From positions 416,001 to 480,000 of the forward strand of contig CBDAOB010000005.1 of assembly GCA_965197905.1 (NCBI GenBank): a DNA stretch of 64,000 nt, given 5' to 3'. Positions 30,608 through 39,077 of this stretch are shown piece after piece; position 1 is the stretch's first letter, and every line of letters starts with the position of its first letter. Origin of the DNA: Candidatus Latescibacterota bacterium. GTDB lineage: Bacteria; Latescibacterota; UBA2968; UBA8231. The notes under the pieces are model-generated. The model was not told the DNA's origin. It did not search any database and was given only the letters and a program-made list of their open reading frames with translations. Both the position numbers and the translations under genes were made by a program.

Positions 30608-32806
30608 ATGATCATGAGGACGCTCACCCGCAGTCTGTCTGTTGCTGTTTTGGTCGCGCTGATCGCGGCCCTGCCCCTCGCTGCCGAGGATGCCAACCAG
30701 CTGTATAAGTTCAAATTCAAAGACCCGAAAAACGACGGCTACTTCGACACGTTACAAGAGAAATATGTCTGGTTCCGTGCCAAAAAAGGGTTTCATCTTT
30801 TCGACGCCTACACCGGCGAGCAGAAGTGGAGCCACAAGGAGCTACCGGATTTCGATGGAAATTACAACCTGCTGGTCAACGAGAAGTACCTGCTTTACTC
30901 CACCAAGAAGGGGGTTGCCCGCCTGGACGTCGAGACCGGCAACATCGACTGGTCGACGGAACTGTCGAAGCTCAAGTTCAAGGATGTCGACCGCCGTTGG
31001 TGGACCGACCACGGTTATATCTTCCAAATCAAAAACAACTTCACCCTGTTGGACGTGGAAAGCGGTAAAGAACAATGGTCGATACCCCTCAAGCCCAGCT
31101 CCGATCTCGCGAATAAGCGCGGCTTGCAGTGGTTTTTTGACCTGGGGGACCGCTTCCTCTTTCTGGCCAAAGACGGTCCGGTCTTGATTGACGCCAGGAC
31201 CGGGGAGACGCTGCTGAGCATCAAGGACAAATACAACAAGAAGGTCGATCCGGTGGTTCTGCTCGACCACCAGCTGATGTTCTTCTTCGACAAACGCGTC
31301 GCCCTGGTAGATTTGGAGTCGGCGACGGAGACTATCTCGATTGAAGGGAAGGTGGAGGAAGCCAGCTCCTTCCAGAGGTTCGAGATCGGCGGCAAGACCT
31401 ACGTTTTCTTCGGCTTCAACAAGCGGTTAATAGCCTTCGACGCCGACAACGGTCAGAAACTGTGGGAGACTCCGGAGGAGTCCGTAGAAGGTTCGGTGCG
31501 CTGGCTGCGTCCCGGGCCGACGTCAGACAGTGTTCTTATCGTCACCTTGCGTTCCGACAAGTTTGGCAAAGATGCCGGCACCTGGCTCAAGATGTACAGC
31601 TTTGATGTGCAGTCGGGCGCCATTAATTGGTCGCAGATGATTGGCTACTCCCAGTTGGCTTCGGTCTTCGTCAACAAGGCGTTCAACAGCGAAGCCAGTA
31701 GCAGGGGAGGAATGGACATCGGGATCTGGTTTGAGGAGCCGATCGTCGATGGTGACAATCTGATCTTCCTGAGCAAGTCTCTTGTTTCGGGAGATCCGGT
31801 AACCCTGGAGCGGAAAGAATCGCAAGGGTTTCTCAGTATCAATACGCAAACCGGACAGGTGAATTTCCAGGCCAAGTTCCAGATTCTGGACGCGAAGGGC
31901 AAAGGATACGGTGGATTGGGGGTTGGTCCGCTTCACGATCCCAACGACGGATATCCAGGTGTGATCGATCTTGGCGAAACGCTCGTGGCTGCCGGATTCG
32001 GAACCCTCAATGCCGTCGACAAATCCAGCGGAGCGATCCTGTGGCAGCTCGAGATGCCTGGTATCGTGACGGACATAACCCATTCGGATGGCACGCTGTT
32101 TTGCCAGATCGGCAAGATGGTGGTGAGCTCGAACCTCGAAAAAGGCAAGATTAAAACCAACTCCTTCGGCCGCAAGCCGTACGGGTTCTCCGCTGTCGAA
32201 GCAGGTTCGGGCAAGATGCTGTGGTCCACTACCGACTTCAAGGTCGACCCGACCCTCGCGCTGGCAGCCACAATAGACGAAGGGGTGCTTTACGGCTGCG
32301 ACGGAAAGATTCTCTACGCTCTCTCGTTGGCCGATGGTAGCTACAAGTGGAAGTTCGACATCGACAAGGATGGCAAAGCGGGCAAGATCACGGGTGACAA
32401 GGCCTGGGCCGTTAAGATGGAGAAGAGCACCTTCTACGGTATTTCCTCCAACACCGTAACAACCACCTGGTCGGATCCTCGTCGCATTCTGCGACCCGAA
32501 TACCGCGGCACCCACTTCATCGTGTTCGGCGAGAAACAGATCATACGGGTAAACAAGGACGGCAAGCTGGCCTGGGCGTACAAGTGGAAATACGATCCCA
32601 ATCAGGCTAATCTACTCTTCGATCCCACATTCTTCGGTTCCACGGATAACATCGTTTACGCGTGCAAGGGCTTTGTCGGGCTGGACGGCGAGACCGGGAA
32701 GGCACTATGGGAGGACAAGGACGTGAAGGGGGAATTCACCAGAGTAGCGGACGATCTTCTTGTAGTTCGTCGCAAGGACTCGATAACGGGGTATTCGCTG
32801 AAATAA
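30608..32806 (+). CDS. PQQ-like beta-propeller repeat secreted protein
   Basis: Signal peptide and many D..TG...W repeats. RBS GGAGGG. Confidence 0.85.
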   Translation: MIMRTLTRSLSVAVLVALIAALPLAAEDANQLYKFKFKDPKNDGYFDTLQEKYVWFRAKKGFHLFDAYTGEQKWSHKELPDFDGNYNLLVNEKYLLYSTKKGVARLDVETGNIDWSTELSKLKFKDVDRRWWTDHGYIFQIKNNFTLLDVESGKEQWSIPLKPSSDLANKRGLQWFFDLGDRFLFLAKDGPVLIDARTGETLLSIKDKYNKKVDPVVLLDHQLMFFFDKRVALVDLESATETISIEGKVEEASSFQRFEIGGKTYVFFGFNKRLIAFDADNGQKLWETPEESVEGSVRWLRPGPTSDSVLIVTLRSDKFGKDAGTWLKMYSFDVQSGAINWSQMIGYSQLASVFVNKAFNSEASSRGGMDIGIWFEEPIVDGDNLIFLSKSLVSGDPVTLERKESQGFLSINTQTGQVNFQAKFQILDAKGKGYGGLGVGPLHDPNDGYPGVIDLGETLVAAGFGTLNAVDKSSGAILWQLEMPGIVTDITHSDGTLFCQIGKMVVSSNLEKGKIKTNSFGRKPYGFSAVEAGSGKMLWSTTDFKVDPTLALAATIDEGVLYGCDGKILYALSLADGSYKWKFDIDKDGKAGKITGDKAWAVKMEKSTFYGISSNTVTTTWSDPRRILRPEYRGTHFIVFGEKQIIRVNKDGKLAWAYKWKYDPNQANLLFDPTFFGSTDNIVYACKGFVGLDGETGKALWEDKDVKGEFTRVADDLLVVRRKDSITGYSLK

Positions 32807-32824
32807 CTTTGCCCGCGACGCCGT

Positions 32825-33862
32825 TCAGTCGGTGTTGCGGACACAGCGAAACCCGATGAAACCGCCAGTGATCGTAGGTTCGTTTCTGATGCGGTAGGTG
32901 GACCGAACGCTGTACGGATTGGAGCCCCAGGAGCCGCCACGAAGCACGTAAAAGGTGCCGTTTTCCGGTCCCTGCGGATTGGTGTCCGGGCTGACCTCGT
33001 AATACCCGCCATCGTACCAGTCTGACAACCATTGCCAGACATTTCCCGCCATGTCGTAGACCCCGTAAGGAGAGATCCCCTGTTCGTAGGACCCAACCTC
33101 CGTCGTCCGTCCGGGCCCGCCGCCATAGTTGGCCTTGCTGTGATCGATCTCCTCCCCCCAGGGGTAGGTGCGGCCATCCGTTCCCCGAGCCGCTTTTTCC
33201 CATTCTGCTTCCGTGGGTAGTCGTTTGTCCAACCATTGACAGTAGTCCCGGGCGTCGAGCCAGTTTACCTCCACGGCGGGCAGCTTCCCGCTACTATCCC
33301 CGAACTCGAAGAATGTCGGCTGGCTTCTTCCGGTGGCGTGCAGAAACGTCCGGTACTGACCGCTGGTCACCAGGTTTTGGTCGATCAGGAACGCATCGAG
33401 GAATACCTCATGTACCGGCTGTTCGTCCCGATCGCCGGACAACGAACCCATGGGGAAGCTCCCTTCCGGGACCAGCACCATCCCCGGCGGTTCATCGCTG
33501 GCGGTGATTTTCGCTTGAAATTGATCGCCTTGGGCCTCGCCCACATCCGCCGTGACCACCCAGATTATCCGTTTTCCACGTCCCGGATTCACCAGTCCCA
33601 CGTCACCTGAAAACGCATAGGCCGGCAGATCGAAGCTGTTTCCGCCATCGGCGGATATCTCGACCGTGAGGTAGAGAGTATCGCTCTCATCCGCAACATC
33701 GTAGGTGATTTCCACTTGACGACTGTCGGGTCCTGGCAGCGCCATCACGTTCTCAACCAGGGGATCTGCGGTTGCGACTTGAGCGATGGCCAACACGGCG
33801 CCCCCGACAGCGGACAGCTTCCGAGCAAATGTCATGCTGGAAATCGGTTGAATGAAGGTCAA
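32825..33862 (-). CDS. FGE-sulfatase (SUMF1/C-type-lectin fold) domain secreted protein with N-terminal Ig-like domain
   Basis: Motifs F.MGS, P.HEV.LDAF.ID, RLPTEAEWEKAARG, YDMAGNVWQW, RGGSW and GFRC. Confidence 0.9.
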   Translation of the reverse strand: MTFIQPISSMTFARKLSAVGGAVLAIAQVATADPLVENVMALPGPDSRQVEITYDVADESDTLYLTVEISADGGNSFDLPAYAFSGDVGLVNPGRGKRIIWVVTADVGEAQGDQFQAKITASDEPPGMVLVPEGSFPMGSLSGDRDEQPVHEVFLDAFLIDQNLVTSGQYRTFLHATGRSQPTFFEFGDSSGKLPAVEVNWLDARDYCQWLDKRLPTEAEWEKAARGTDGRTYPWGEEIDHSKANYGGGPGRTTEVGSYEQGISPYGVYDMAGNVWQWLSDWYDGGYYEVSPDTNPQGPENGTFYVLRGGSWGSNPYSVRSTYRIRNEPTITGGFIGFRCVRNTD

Positions 33863-33865
33863 GTG

Positions 33866-34309
33866 TTATCGTAGAAACACGAGCTTGCGTGTTTCGACAC
33901 CTGCCAGCGAAGTGATCACGGCGAAATAGACCCCCGAACCGACGCTGCGTTCGGCGTCATTTCGGCCGTCCCAGTGAATCTCGTGGATGCCGGTGCTCAG
34001 GCTGCCTGAGTGCAACCGTCGCACGCTCCGCCCATCCACGCCAAAGATAGCGATCTCCACGTGCCGTTCGAGGCCCGCGAAAATCTGGTAACTGAGGGTT
34101 ACCGAACTGTTGAACGGATTGGGATAGGGTTTCGACAAACGTGACCCCCGGGCAACCGCGGTTTCTGCGACCGAGGTGGCGACCGGACGCAGGTCCAGGG
34201 AGAAGAGATTGCTCAGCCCGGCCCCTTCGCCGGCATGGAGTCCCACGACACTCAGAAAGAGGATCGAAATCCACAGGGATCCCACACGGGTCGTGGCCAG
34301 GCTCTGCAT
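33866..34309 (-). CDS. Small secreted protein consisting mostly of a FlgD-Ig/T9SS-type-A-like C-terminal domain
   Basis: Signal peptide, YPNPFNSSVTLSY, G..VRRL, WDGRND....VGSGVYF and TRKLVFLR. Confidence 0.8.
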   Translation of the reverse strand: MQSLATTRVGSLWISILFLSVVGLHAGEGAGLSNLFSLDLRPVATSVAETAVARGSRLSKPYPNPFNSSVTLSYQIFAGLERHVEIAIFGVDGRSVRRLHSGSLSTGIHEIHWDGRNDAERSVGSGVYFAVITSLAGVETRKLVFLR

Positions 34310-34311
34310 CT

Positions 34312-35067
34312 TCAATGCGAAAGCTTCACCGGCAGATCTTTCAACTTTCCGTCCTCGTGCATTTGCACCCATTGATCCATGAAGGTCTGGTTCCATTGAT
34401 CGGTGAGCGTGTGTTGCATCATGTCACGCAACACGGTCCAAAAGATGATAATCCCGTCGGCGCCATCGCGCAGAGCGGCATGGGCGGTGTCCACCGAGCG
34501 TATCAACGCCGCAGTGATGTACGGGCGATTCTCCCATCCGGCGAACATCTGGGCGCACTCCCGAACCAGCTTGGTCGGGTCGCCGCCGGCTGCTTTGACC
34601 GGCTCGCAAAATGGCAGAACATGCCTGACGCCCGCCTGCGCCACGGCAGCGGCCTGAGGAAGCGAGAAAACGGTTGTGCAATAGGTTTCCACCCCTTCCG
34701 CCTCCAACGCCCTGAAGGCCGCCAGGCTATGAACCGTACACGGGATCTTGAGAATTACCTGCTTCGACATGTCGGTAAAAACCCGGCCAACCTCCAGCAG
34801 CTCCTCTGTCGTGTGGCCATCGATTTCCACGACGACAGGCTTATCGGTGATGTCGAGATAGCGCTTGATCAGTTCGGTGAGCGGGCCGTACTTCTTCACC
34901 AGATCGTTCTGCACCACCGTGTTGGTTACGATTCCAGTCGAAAACGGCATCCAAGGCTTGAGCTCTTCGGGGTCACCAGCCAGCCAGATGCCAGGTCCCC
35001 TGCCGTGAGCCCGAGCTTGGGAAACGGGTCCCACGTGGGGTGTAATTCCCGCACCCTTAGCAGTCAT
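34312..35067 (-). CDS. Transaldolase/fructose-6-phosphate aldolase family protein (divergent)
   Basis: Motifs GIVTN, Schiff-base VILKIP, T.VFSLPQA..AQAG and GAD. RBS AGGAGG. Confidence 0.8.
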   Translation of the reverse strand: MTAKGAGITPHVGPVSQARAHGRGPGIWLAGDPEELKPWMPFSTGIVTNTVVQNDLVKKYGPLTELIKRYLDITDKPVVVEIDGHTTEELLEVGRVFTDMSKQVILKIPCTVHSLAAFRALEAEGVETYCTTVFSLPQAAAVAQAGVRHVLPFCEPVKAAGGDPTKLVRECAQMFAGWENRPYITAALIRSVDTAHAALRDGADGIIIFWTVLRDMMQHTLTDQWNQTFMDQWVQMHEDGKLKDLPVKLSH

Positions 35068-35282
35068 ATATTCCTCCTACTTGAATAGGCTAATTCGAAA
35101 GATCGGAAGCTATGCAATTGACGCTCGCGGTCAATCGCACCGCCGCAGCGGTACGCCTATTTACGATCCGGCTGGCTCATTCGATATTAACACGAAAATT
35201 CGTCGTTGGCGATTTCACCGGATCGTTCGATACCGACATGTTGCAATGGGCGTTCGAAGCGACGGTTCCTTGGACCTGCAGA

Positions 35283-35801
35283 ATGAAAATCATCGATCTG
35301 TCCCGTCCCATCTATGAGGGCATGCCTGTTTTCCCCGGGGATTCTGAGGTCAAAATCCAGACCCTTGGGGATGCGGAATCCGAGAACGGACTGGTACGCC
35401 GAATTTCTCTAGGATCTCATACCGGTACCCACGTGGACGCCTTCGCCCACATGCATCCGGATGGACACGCCCTCGACGATATCCCCCTGGAGCGTTTTTT
35501 CGGTCCGGCGCAGGCAGTGCGACCGCATCAGCTGTTGCCACCGGGAGTGGGCTTGATATTCGTCGAAGCGCCCGCAGCCGAGGATGTCGACCGTATCGCG
35601 GAGGCAGTCCCTCCCTTCGTTGCCGGCGAGCTTCCAGCGGAGTTGGAGCGCTCGTTACTGGATCGGCAGATACTGACCTATACAGATCTGGTCAATCTGG
35701 ATCAGTTGCCAGAAGAGATCGAATTCACGTTCTATGGTCTACCGCTGCCCATCGAGGGCGGCGACGGGTCCCCCGTGCGCGCTATCGCAATCATCCCATG
35801 A
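35283..35801 (+). CDS. Cyclase family protein (kynurenine formamidase-like)
   Basis: Motifs IIDLS.PI..GMPVFPGD, HTGTHVDA..H and GGDGSPVRA. Confidence 0.9.
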   Translation: MKIIDLSRPIYEGMPVFPGDSEVKIQTLGDAESENGLVRRISLGSHTGTHVDAFAHMHPDGHALDDIPLERFFGPAQAVRPHQLLPPGVGLIFVEAPAAEDVDRIAEAVPPFVAGELPAELERSLLDRQILTYTDLVNLDQLPEEIEFTFYGLPLPIEGGDGSPVRAIAIIP

Positions 35802-35802
35802 G

Positions 35803-37218
35803 GTGAAGCAGTTGGATCTGGAGTACATGTCGGCAGTAGAGCTTCGCCGCCTCTTCGAACGCGGCGATCTATCGCCGGTCGAGGTAGCGAAGGCAACGTT
35901 AAAACAAATCGATCGAGTCGATCCCCAAATCAACGCTTTCGTGACCGTGACGGCCGAACTGGCACTGGATCAGGCGCGCGCCGCGGAAGCTCTCTACCGC
36001 AGCGACCATGCCGCGCCGCCGCTGGCCGGTATTCCATACTCCCTGAAGGATCTCACCCCGACCAAAGGTATTCGCACCACTCGGGGTTCCCTGCTGTACA
36101 AGGATTGGATACCCGAAGAAGATGCTCCCGTCGCGGAGCGGCTGAAGGAAGCGGGCGGTGTGCTCCTGGGTAAAACCAATACGCCGGCTGCGGGTTGGAA
36201 GGGGGACTCAGGCAATCGGGTTTCGGGGCCCACCCACAATCCCTGGAAGAAGGGGCACACCGCCGGTGGCTCGAGCGGCGGTGCCGCGGCGGCGGTAGTG
36301 ACCGGTATGGGTCCCATTGCACAGGGGTCCGATGGCGCCGGGTCGATCCGCATTCCCGCGGGGTTCAGCGGCGCCTTCGGCTTCAAACCCTCCTGGGGCC
36401 GAGTGCCCCAGTATCCACCCAGCGCCGTCGAAGCGCTTTCGCACATGGGTCCGATCACGCGTACGGTCGGGGATGCGGCATTGATGATGTCGGTTTTGGC
36501 AGGACCCGATCCCAGAGACCGCACCACCATCACTAACGAGATCGACTTCGCCAACGTCGCAGAGGGCGGGATCGAAGGTTTGAAAGTCGGCTGGTCTCTC
36601 GACCTGGGGTATGTACCGGTTGCGCCCGACGTCGAGAACCTCTGCAGCCGGGCGGCTCAGCGTTTTGAAGAGCTGGGTTGCTCCGTGGAAATATTCGACC
36701 CGGGCCTCGAGGATCCGTACGACGAGATACTTTCCGTGATCTGGGCATCGGCTTTCGCCGGCGTTCATCTCGAGGATCTGGATGATGTGCGCAACCAACT
36801 CGATCCTGGTTTGCTCGAGGTGATCGAGGAAGGGACTTCCTACTCGGCACCGCAGCTTGCGGCGGCTTTCCAACGTCGCAACAGCTACTATGATGGCTGG
36901 CGTGCCATCATGGAGAAGTTCCACATCGTGCTCACACCAACGCTTCCGATCACGGCCTTCGAAGCGGGGGCGGATTACCCGCCAACCTTGAACGGGAATC
37001 CCACGAGTTATCTGGGTTGGACCAAGTTTACGTATCCGTTTAACATAACCGGGCAACCCGCAGCCACGGTTCCCGTGGGATTCGACAGGGATGGGTTGCC
37101 GGTGGGGCTCCAGATCGTGGGTCGGTGGAGGCAAGACGATACCGTGCTGCGCGCCGCCGCCGCTTTCGAGCAGGTTGCTCCATGGGGTCAGCAGAAGCCG
37201 GATTCTGCGTCAAATTAG
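35803..37218 (+). CDS. Amidase signature family enzyme
   Basis: Motifs SLKDL, LGKTN, GGSSGG, GSDGAGSIRIPA and GLPVGLQIVG. Confidence 0.95.
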   Translation: MKQLDLEYMSAVELRRLFERGDLSPVEVAKATLKQIDRVDPQINAFVTVTAELALDQARAAEALYRSDHAAPPLAGIPYSLKDLTPTKGIRTTRGSLLYKDWIPEEDAPVAERLKEAGGVLLGKTNTPAAGWKGDSGNRVSGPTHNPWKKGHTAGGSSGGAAAAVVTGMGPIAQGSDGAGSIRIPAGFSGAFGFKPSWGRVPQYPPSAVEALSHMGPITRTVGDAALMMSVLAGPDPRDRTTITNEIDFANVAEGGIEGLKVGWSLDLGYVPVAPDVENLCSRAAQRFEELGCSVEIFDPGLEDPYDEILSVIWASAFAGVHLEDLDDVRNQLDPGLLEVIEEGTSYSAPQLAAAFQRRNSYYDGWRAIMEKFHIVLTPTLPITAFEAGADYPPTLNGNPTSYLGWTKFTYPFNITGQPAATVPVGFDRDGLPVGLQIVGRWRQDDTVLRAAAAFEQVAPWGQQKPDSASN

Positions 37219-37231
37219 AAACGGAGGCGAG

Positions 37232-38182
37232 ATGGTTACACTGGGTACGGGAGACTTTCAGTACGAGTTATCGGGCACCGACTGGGGGAACATTCCCGAG
37301 GAGTGGACCTACCGTGAAGCCACATCGGTCGCTGTCGACAGCGACGACCGGGTGTACGTTTTCAATCGGGGCACCGTGCCGATGATCATCTTCGACTCCG
37401 CCGGCGAACTCGTCGATAGCTGGGGCGAGGGCGTGTTCGATGTACCCCACGGCGTGCATATTGGTCCCGACGGATCCGTGTATTGTATCGACGTCGGGGC
37501 GCACAAGATCACCAAACACACCCCCGAAGGGGAGCTGTTACTCGATCTGAAAGCAAAACACCCGTCCGGCTTGATGAGCGGCGAACCGTTCAATCGGCCA
37601 TGCCAGGTAGGCATCGATCCCCGCAATGGCGATATCTACGTCGCCGACGGCTACAGCAACGCACGAGTCCACAAATTTTCCCCTGACGGCAGGTATATCC
37701 TCTCTTGGGGAGAGTCGGGTACCGATCCGGGATATCTGAATGTGGTGCACGACATCGTCGTCGACGCCGAGGGATGGGTCTATATCGCCGACCGCGAAAA
37801 TCACCGTATCCAGGTGTTCGACCGCAATGGGAACTACGAAGCCCAGTGGATCAACTCGTCCAGGGCGGCATGTATCTGCATGGGAGAAGGTCCGGACCCG
37901 CTGTTCTACGTGGGTGAGTACTTCGCCGGCATAAAGCCGAACTCCACGGGCACGAAGCTGGGTCCAAGAGTGACGGTACTGGATGGCACAGGCACGGTGA
38001 AAGCCCGGTTGAGCGACGAGTCCTACGGGGATGAACCGGGTCGCTTCTACGCACCCCATGGAATCGCGGTCGACTCCAGAGGCGACATCTACGTTGCCGA
38101 GGTTGCCTGGAGCGAGTACGGCAGGTCAATGGAGCCTCCGCGGGAGTTGCGCTCGATGCAAAAGCTCATCAAAACCACGTGA
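37232..38182 (+). CDS. NHL-repeat protein (peptidyl-alpha-hydroxyglycine lyase-like)
   Basis: Motifs VAVDSDDRVYV, PHG, IYVADGY.NARVHKF and YIADRENHRIQVFD. RBS GGAGG. Confidence 0.9.
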   Translation: MVTLGTGDFQYELSGTDWGNIPEEWTYREATSVAVDSDDRVYVFNRGTVPMIIFDSAGELVDSWGEGVFDVPHGVHIGPDGSVYCIDVGAHKITKHTPEGELLLDLKAKHPSGLMSGEPFNRPCQVGIDPRNGDIYVADGYSNARVHKFSPDGRYILSWGESGTDPGYLNVVHDIVVDAEGWVYIADRENHRIQVFDRNGNYEAQWINSSRAACICMGEGPDPLFYVGEYFAGIKPNSTGTKLGPRVTVLDGTGTVKARLSDESYGDEPGRFYAPHGIAVDSRGDIYVAEVAWSEYGRSMEPPRELRSMQKLIKTT

Positions 38183-38213
38183 ACCTCGATCGATGACGTC
38201 TGCTGAGTGACAC

Positions 38214-39056
38214 TCACCCCGTGGTGGGAATCCACTCCAGCTCCTTGAGGTACTCCACCCAACGAGAGCGGACCGGATTCCCGGTTGCGCCCGCGATCCA
38301 ATCTGGATGGCAGTACGGCTCATCCAACGGAAACTCGAACATCCTCTTGTGGTTGCTGTGTATGGCGCGGACTTCCTTGCGGCGGGCTTCCGCTTGCGCC
38401 TCGGTAGGAGAGGGGTACCAGTATACCGTGGCACCCAGCCTGCGTCCGGCAGCGCCGCCGAAACTGGAGTGCAGCAGCGGCATCTCGAACGCAATGACGT
38501 CCCCGGGTTCGGATTCCACGACCACGCTGGGAAGCATCCTATCACCCGCTCGTTTCGTCAGTCCGCGGACATTCTCCTGGTAATCCGCATCGCCAGCAGC
38601 TAGAACCAGTGGCTCAAAATCAGGAACCTCTGTTTCGTGGGGTTCGATGTGGCTGGCTGGCACGACGCGGAGGGCGCCGTTTTCCGCCTGCAGCGGGTCC
38701 AGATAATAGATGATCTTCAGGCCCGTGTTGCCGGGAACGTCCAGGTCGCGGTGCCACCCGGTATCTCCCTGCCAGAAGAGCATGTCCGTGTTGACGCCGA
38801 CGAGCGATTCGTCAAAAACCTCAGTAGCGATGGCATAAAACCGAGGATCTTCCAGCAGGGAAGCGCTAAAAGGCGTCGAGTCGCCCAAGAGCGGTACCCA
38901 TTTACCCTGTGGACCTCCCGACTGATCGCCGTAGATCTTGGTTGCAGCGCTCTCTGCCTCGTTCCCAACCTGGGCCATCTCCTGTTCGGTCAGCAAGTTT
39001 CTAAATACGAGGAACCCGTACGCCTTGAAGAAACCTACTTGATCATCGGTAAGCAT
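38214..39056 (-). CDS. Phytanoyl-CoA dioxygenase (PhyH) family protein
   Basis: Motifs FFKAYGFLV, WHRD, LRVVPASH and PGDVIAF...LHSS. Confidence 0.88.
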   Translation of the reverse strand: MLTDDQVGFFKAYGFLVFRNLLTEQEMAQVGNEAESAATKIYGDQSGGPQGKWVPLLGDSTPFSASLLEDPRFYAIATEVFDESLVGVNTDMLFWQGDTGWHRDLDVPGNTGLKIIYYLDPLQAENGALRVVPASHIEPHETEVPDFEPLVLAAGDADYQENVRGLTKRAGDRMLPSVVVESEPGDVIAFEMPLLHSSFGGAAGRRLGATVYWYPSPTEAQAEARRKEVRAIHSNHKRMFEFPLDEPYCHPDWIAGATGNPVRSRWVEYLKELEWIPTTG

Positions 39057-39077
39057 GGTCCACTAGGGTCCAGTCCT

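Noticed and set aside
35084..35161. tRNA (cloverleaf-like pairing)
   Set aside because: No T-loop GTTC in the proper position, no D-loop consensus and wrong arm lengths.
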